A stretch of DNA of 64,000 bases, taken from contig CAVXEP010000032.1 of the NCBI GenBank assembly GCA_963760795.1, forward strand, positions 416,001 through 480,000, written 5' to 3'. The translations under genes and the position numbers were made by a program. Origin of the DNA: an uncultured delta proteobacterium. Lineage in GTDB: Bacteria; Desulfobacterota; Binatia; UBA9968. This document shows positions 62,355 through 64,000 of this stretch, piece by piece. Below the pieces are notes generated by a model that was not told the DNA's origin, made no database searches, and worked only from the letters and a program-made list of their open reading frames with translations. Position 1 is the stretch's first letter. The number at the start of each line of letters is the position of its first letter.

Positions 62355-63173
62355 ATGGAAGTAATCCTGGTTAAGCTAACCGCGGCGATTTATTTTCTCA
62401 CCGCTGCGAGCTATTTTTATTTCGTCTTTCGCAAGGACACGGCGTCCAAATTGCCGGCGCTGGCCATGGCGAGCGGGTTGGTCTTGCATACGGCGGCGCT
62501 GATCGTGCGTTTTGCCAATGAAGGCTTTGCCGCGGTGGCGCTGATCGGTGAAGCGCTCTTATTCAAGTGCTGGTTGATGGTCGGCGTCTACCTATTGATC
62601 CAACTCAAGTACCGTCTCACCGTGTTGGGCGGCATTGTCGCCCCGCTGGCGTTTCTCATGTGCTTGGCGGCGCTGGCCTTGGGCAGATCGGGCGCGGCGA
62701 TTCCCCCCGGCCTGGAGTCGTTCTGGTTACCGCTACATGTCACTTTGGCGTTTCTCGGCAACGCCGTATTTGCCCTCGCCTTCGGCGTCAGTCTGATCTA
62801 CCTGCTGCAGGAGCGCCATCTCAAACACAAGAAAATGACCGCGCTGTTGAAACGATTTCCGCCGCTGGAATCCCTCGACCGGTTGAACCTTATGCTTTTG
62901 GTTTGGGGCTTTCCCTTGATGACTTTGGGCATTCTCACGGGCAGCCTTTGGGCAGGGATTCATTGGGGCGACTATTGGTCCTGGGAGCCGCGGCAGATCT
63001 CTTCGGGCATCGCCTGGTTATTCTATGGCGCGATTTTGCACGGCCGGATCACCGCCGGGCTGCGCGGCAAGAAGGCGGCGCAACTTACCATGGTCGGGTT
63101 CTGCGTCGTGCTGGGATATTTTCTCTGGGGCGAAATGGTTTTCCCCAGCCGGCATGGGGGCCGGTTCCAGTAA
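62355..63173 (+). CDS. ccsA: cytochrome c biogenesis protein CcsA/HemX-like
   Basis: Multi-TM, H, TG..WA...WG.YWSWEPR (WWD domain). Confidence 0.88.
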   Translation: MEVILVKLTAAIYFLTAASYFYFVFRKDTASKLPALAMASGLVLHTAALIVRFANEGFAAVALIGEALLFKCWLMVGVYLLIQLKYRLTVLGGIVAPLAFLMCLAALALGRSGAAIPPGLESFWLPLHVTLAFLGNAVFALAFGVSLIYLLQERHLKHKKMTALLKRFPPLESLDRLNLMLLVWGFPLMTLGILTGSLWAGIHWGDYWSWEPRQISSGIAWLFYGAILHGRITAGLRGKKAAQLTMVGFCVVLGYFLWGEMVFPSRHGGRFQ

Positions 63174-63260
63174 TCATAACCGCAGGGAATGCTCGCGCCC
63201 TTTGGAAATCCCACAATAAGGTGCCACGCTGCGAGCAGCGTGGCCAATTGTAGATACGCC

Positions 63261-64000
63261 GTGCAAAAAGAAATCGTCATCGTCGGTCTGAACCATCGCA
63301 GCGCGCCCATCGAGGTGCGCGAAAGCGTTGCGTTCGAAAGCGACTATTTGCACGATGCTCTGACGCGTCTACACAATTATCCGTCCATCGACGAAGGCGT
63401 GATCCTGTCCACTTGCAATCGGGTTGAAGTGGTCGCGGCAGCTTCGGACTGCGTCACAGCTTACAACGACATCGGTAGTTTTCTCGCCGAGCACAAGGCC
63501 CATTCTAATGGGATTACGCTGGCCGGAGCATAGTTACCAATACCGCGGTGCCGAAGCGGTGCGCCATTTGTTTCGCGTCGCTGCCAGTCTCGACTCCATG
63601 GTGGTCGGCGAGCCGCAGATATTCGGGTCAATTGAAACAGCACTATGACGCTGCCCAGCAGGCCGGCTCGGTGGGGACGATCCTGCACCGGTTATTTCAT
63701 CGTTCGTTCTCGGTAGCCAAGCGGGTGCGCAGCGAAACCGGCATCGGCAGCGGCGCGGTGTCGGTGAGCTCGGTGGCGGTGGATCTGGCGAAACGGATTT
63801 TCGACCGCTTCGACGACAAGACTGTGATGCTGATCGGCGCCGGCAAGATGGGCGACCTGATGGCGCGCCATCTGCAACGCCATGGCGTGCGCAGCCTGAT
63901 GGTCACCAACCGAACCTTCGAGCGGGCGGTGGAACTGGCCGAAAAGATTCATGGCAGCCCGATTCGTTTCGAAGATTTCCCCCAGTATTTGAAAATGGCC
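63261..64000 (+). CDS. hemA: glutamyl-tRNA reductase (frameshifted, partial at window edge)
   Basis: [40 protein letters not shown]. Confidence 0.93.

Noticed and set aside
17268-64000. Programmed frameshifting or mass pseudogenisation
   Set aside because: Single-base indels affect housekeeping genes (hemA, dpp, dnaE2) at random and sometimes compensate, so sequencing error is more parsimonious.

Overview
GC-rich bacterial chromosomal window. The many stand-alone NitT/TauT-type solute-binding proteins suggest Candidatus Binatia or a related deltaproteobacterial lineage (inference). Scattered single-base indels split many ordinary genes, as expected of an unpolished long-read assembly. The window opens with the 3' end of imuB; its usual partner dnaE2 lies about 35 kb downstream. 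In between are (i) a four-helix-bundle gene enclosed by inverted octamer repeat arms, (ii) an orphan HigA antitoxin, (iii) a ~14 kb co-oriented array of short unrelated genes separated by intact and eroded attC-like sites with no integrase (CALIN-like), (iv) a TIR-TM-FGE-sulfatase gene, (v) a sigma54-type tadE-tadE-tadG(vWA) cluster and (vi) a diverged 5' fragment of dnaE2. The right half is metabolic/transport (amidohydrolase, tandem SDRs, cyclodeaminases, dpp ABC, ccsA-hemA). It includes a GST whose catalytic codon is an in-frame TGA followed by a SECIS-like hairpin, i.e. a probable selenoprotein missed by the ORF track. Several small palindromic repeat families occur, two inserted in frame in proteins. 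No rRNA, tRNA or CRISPR array was recognised.
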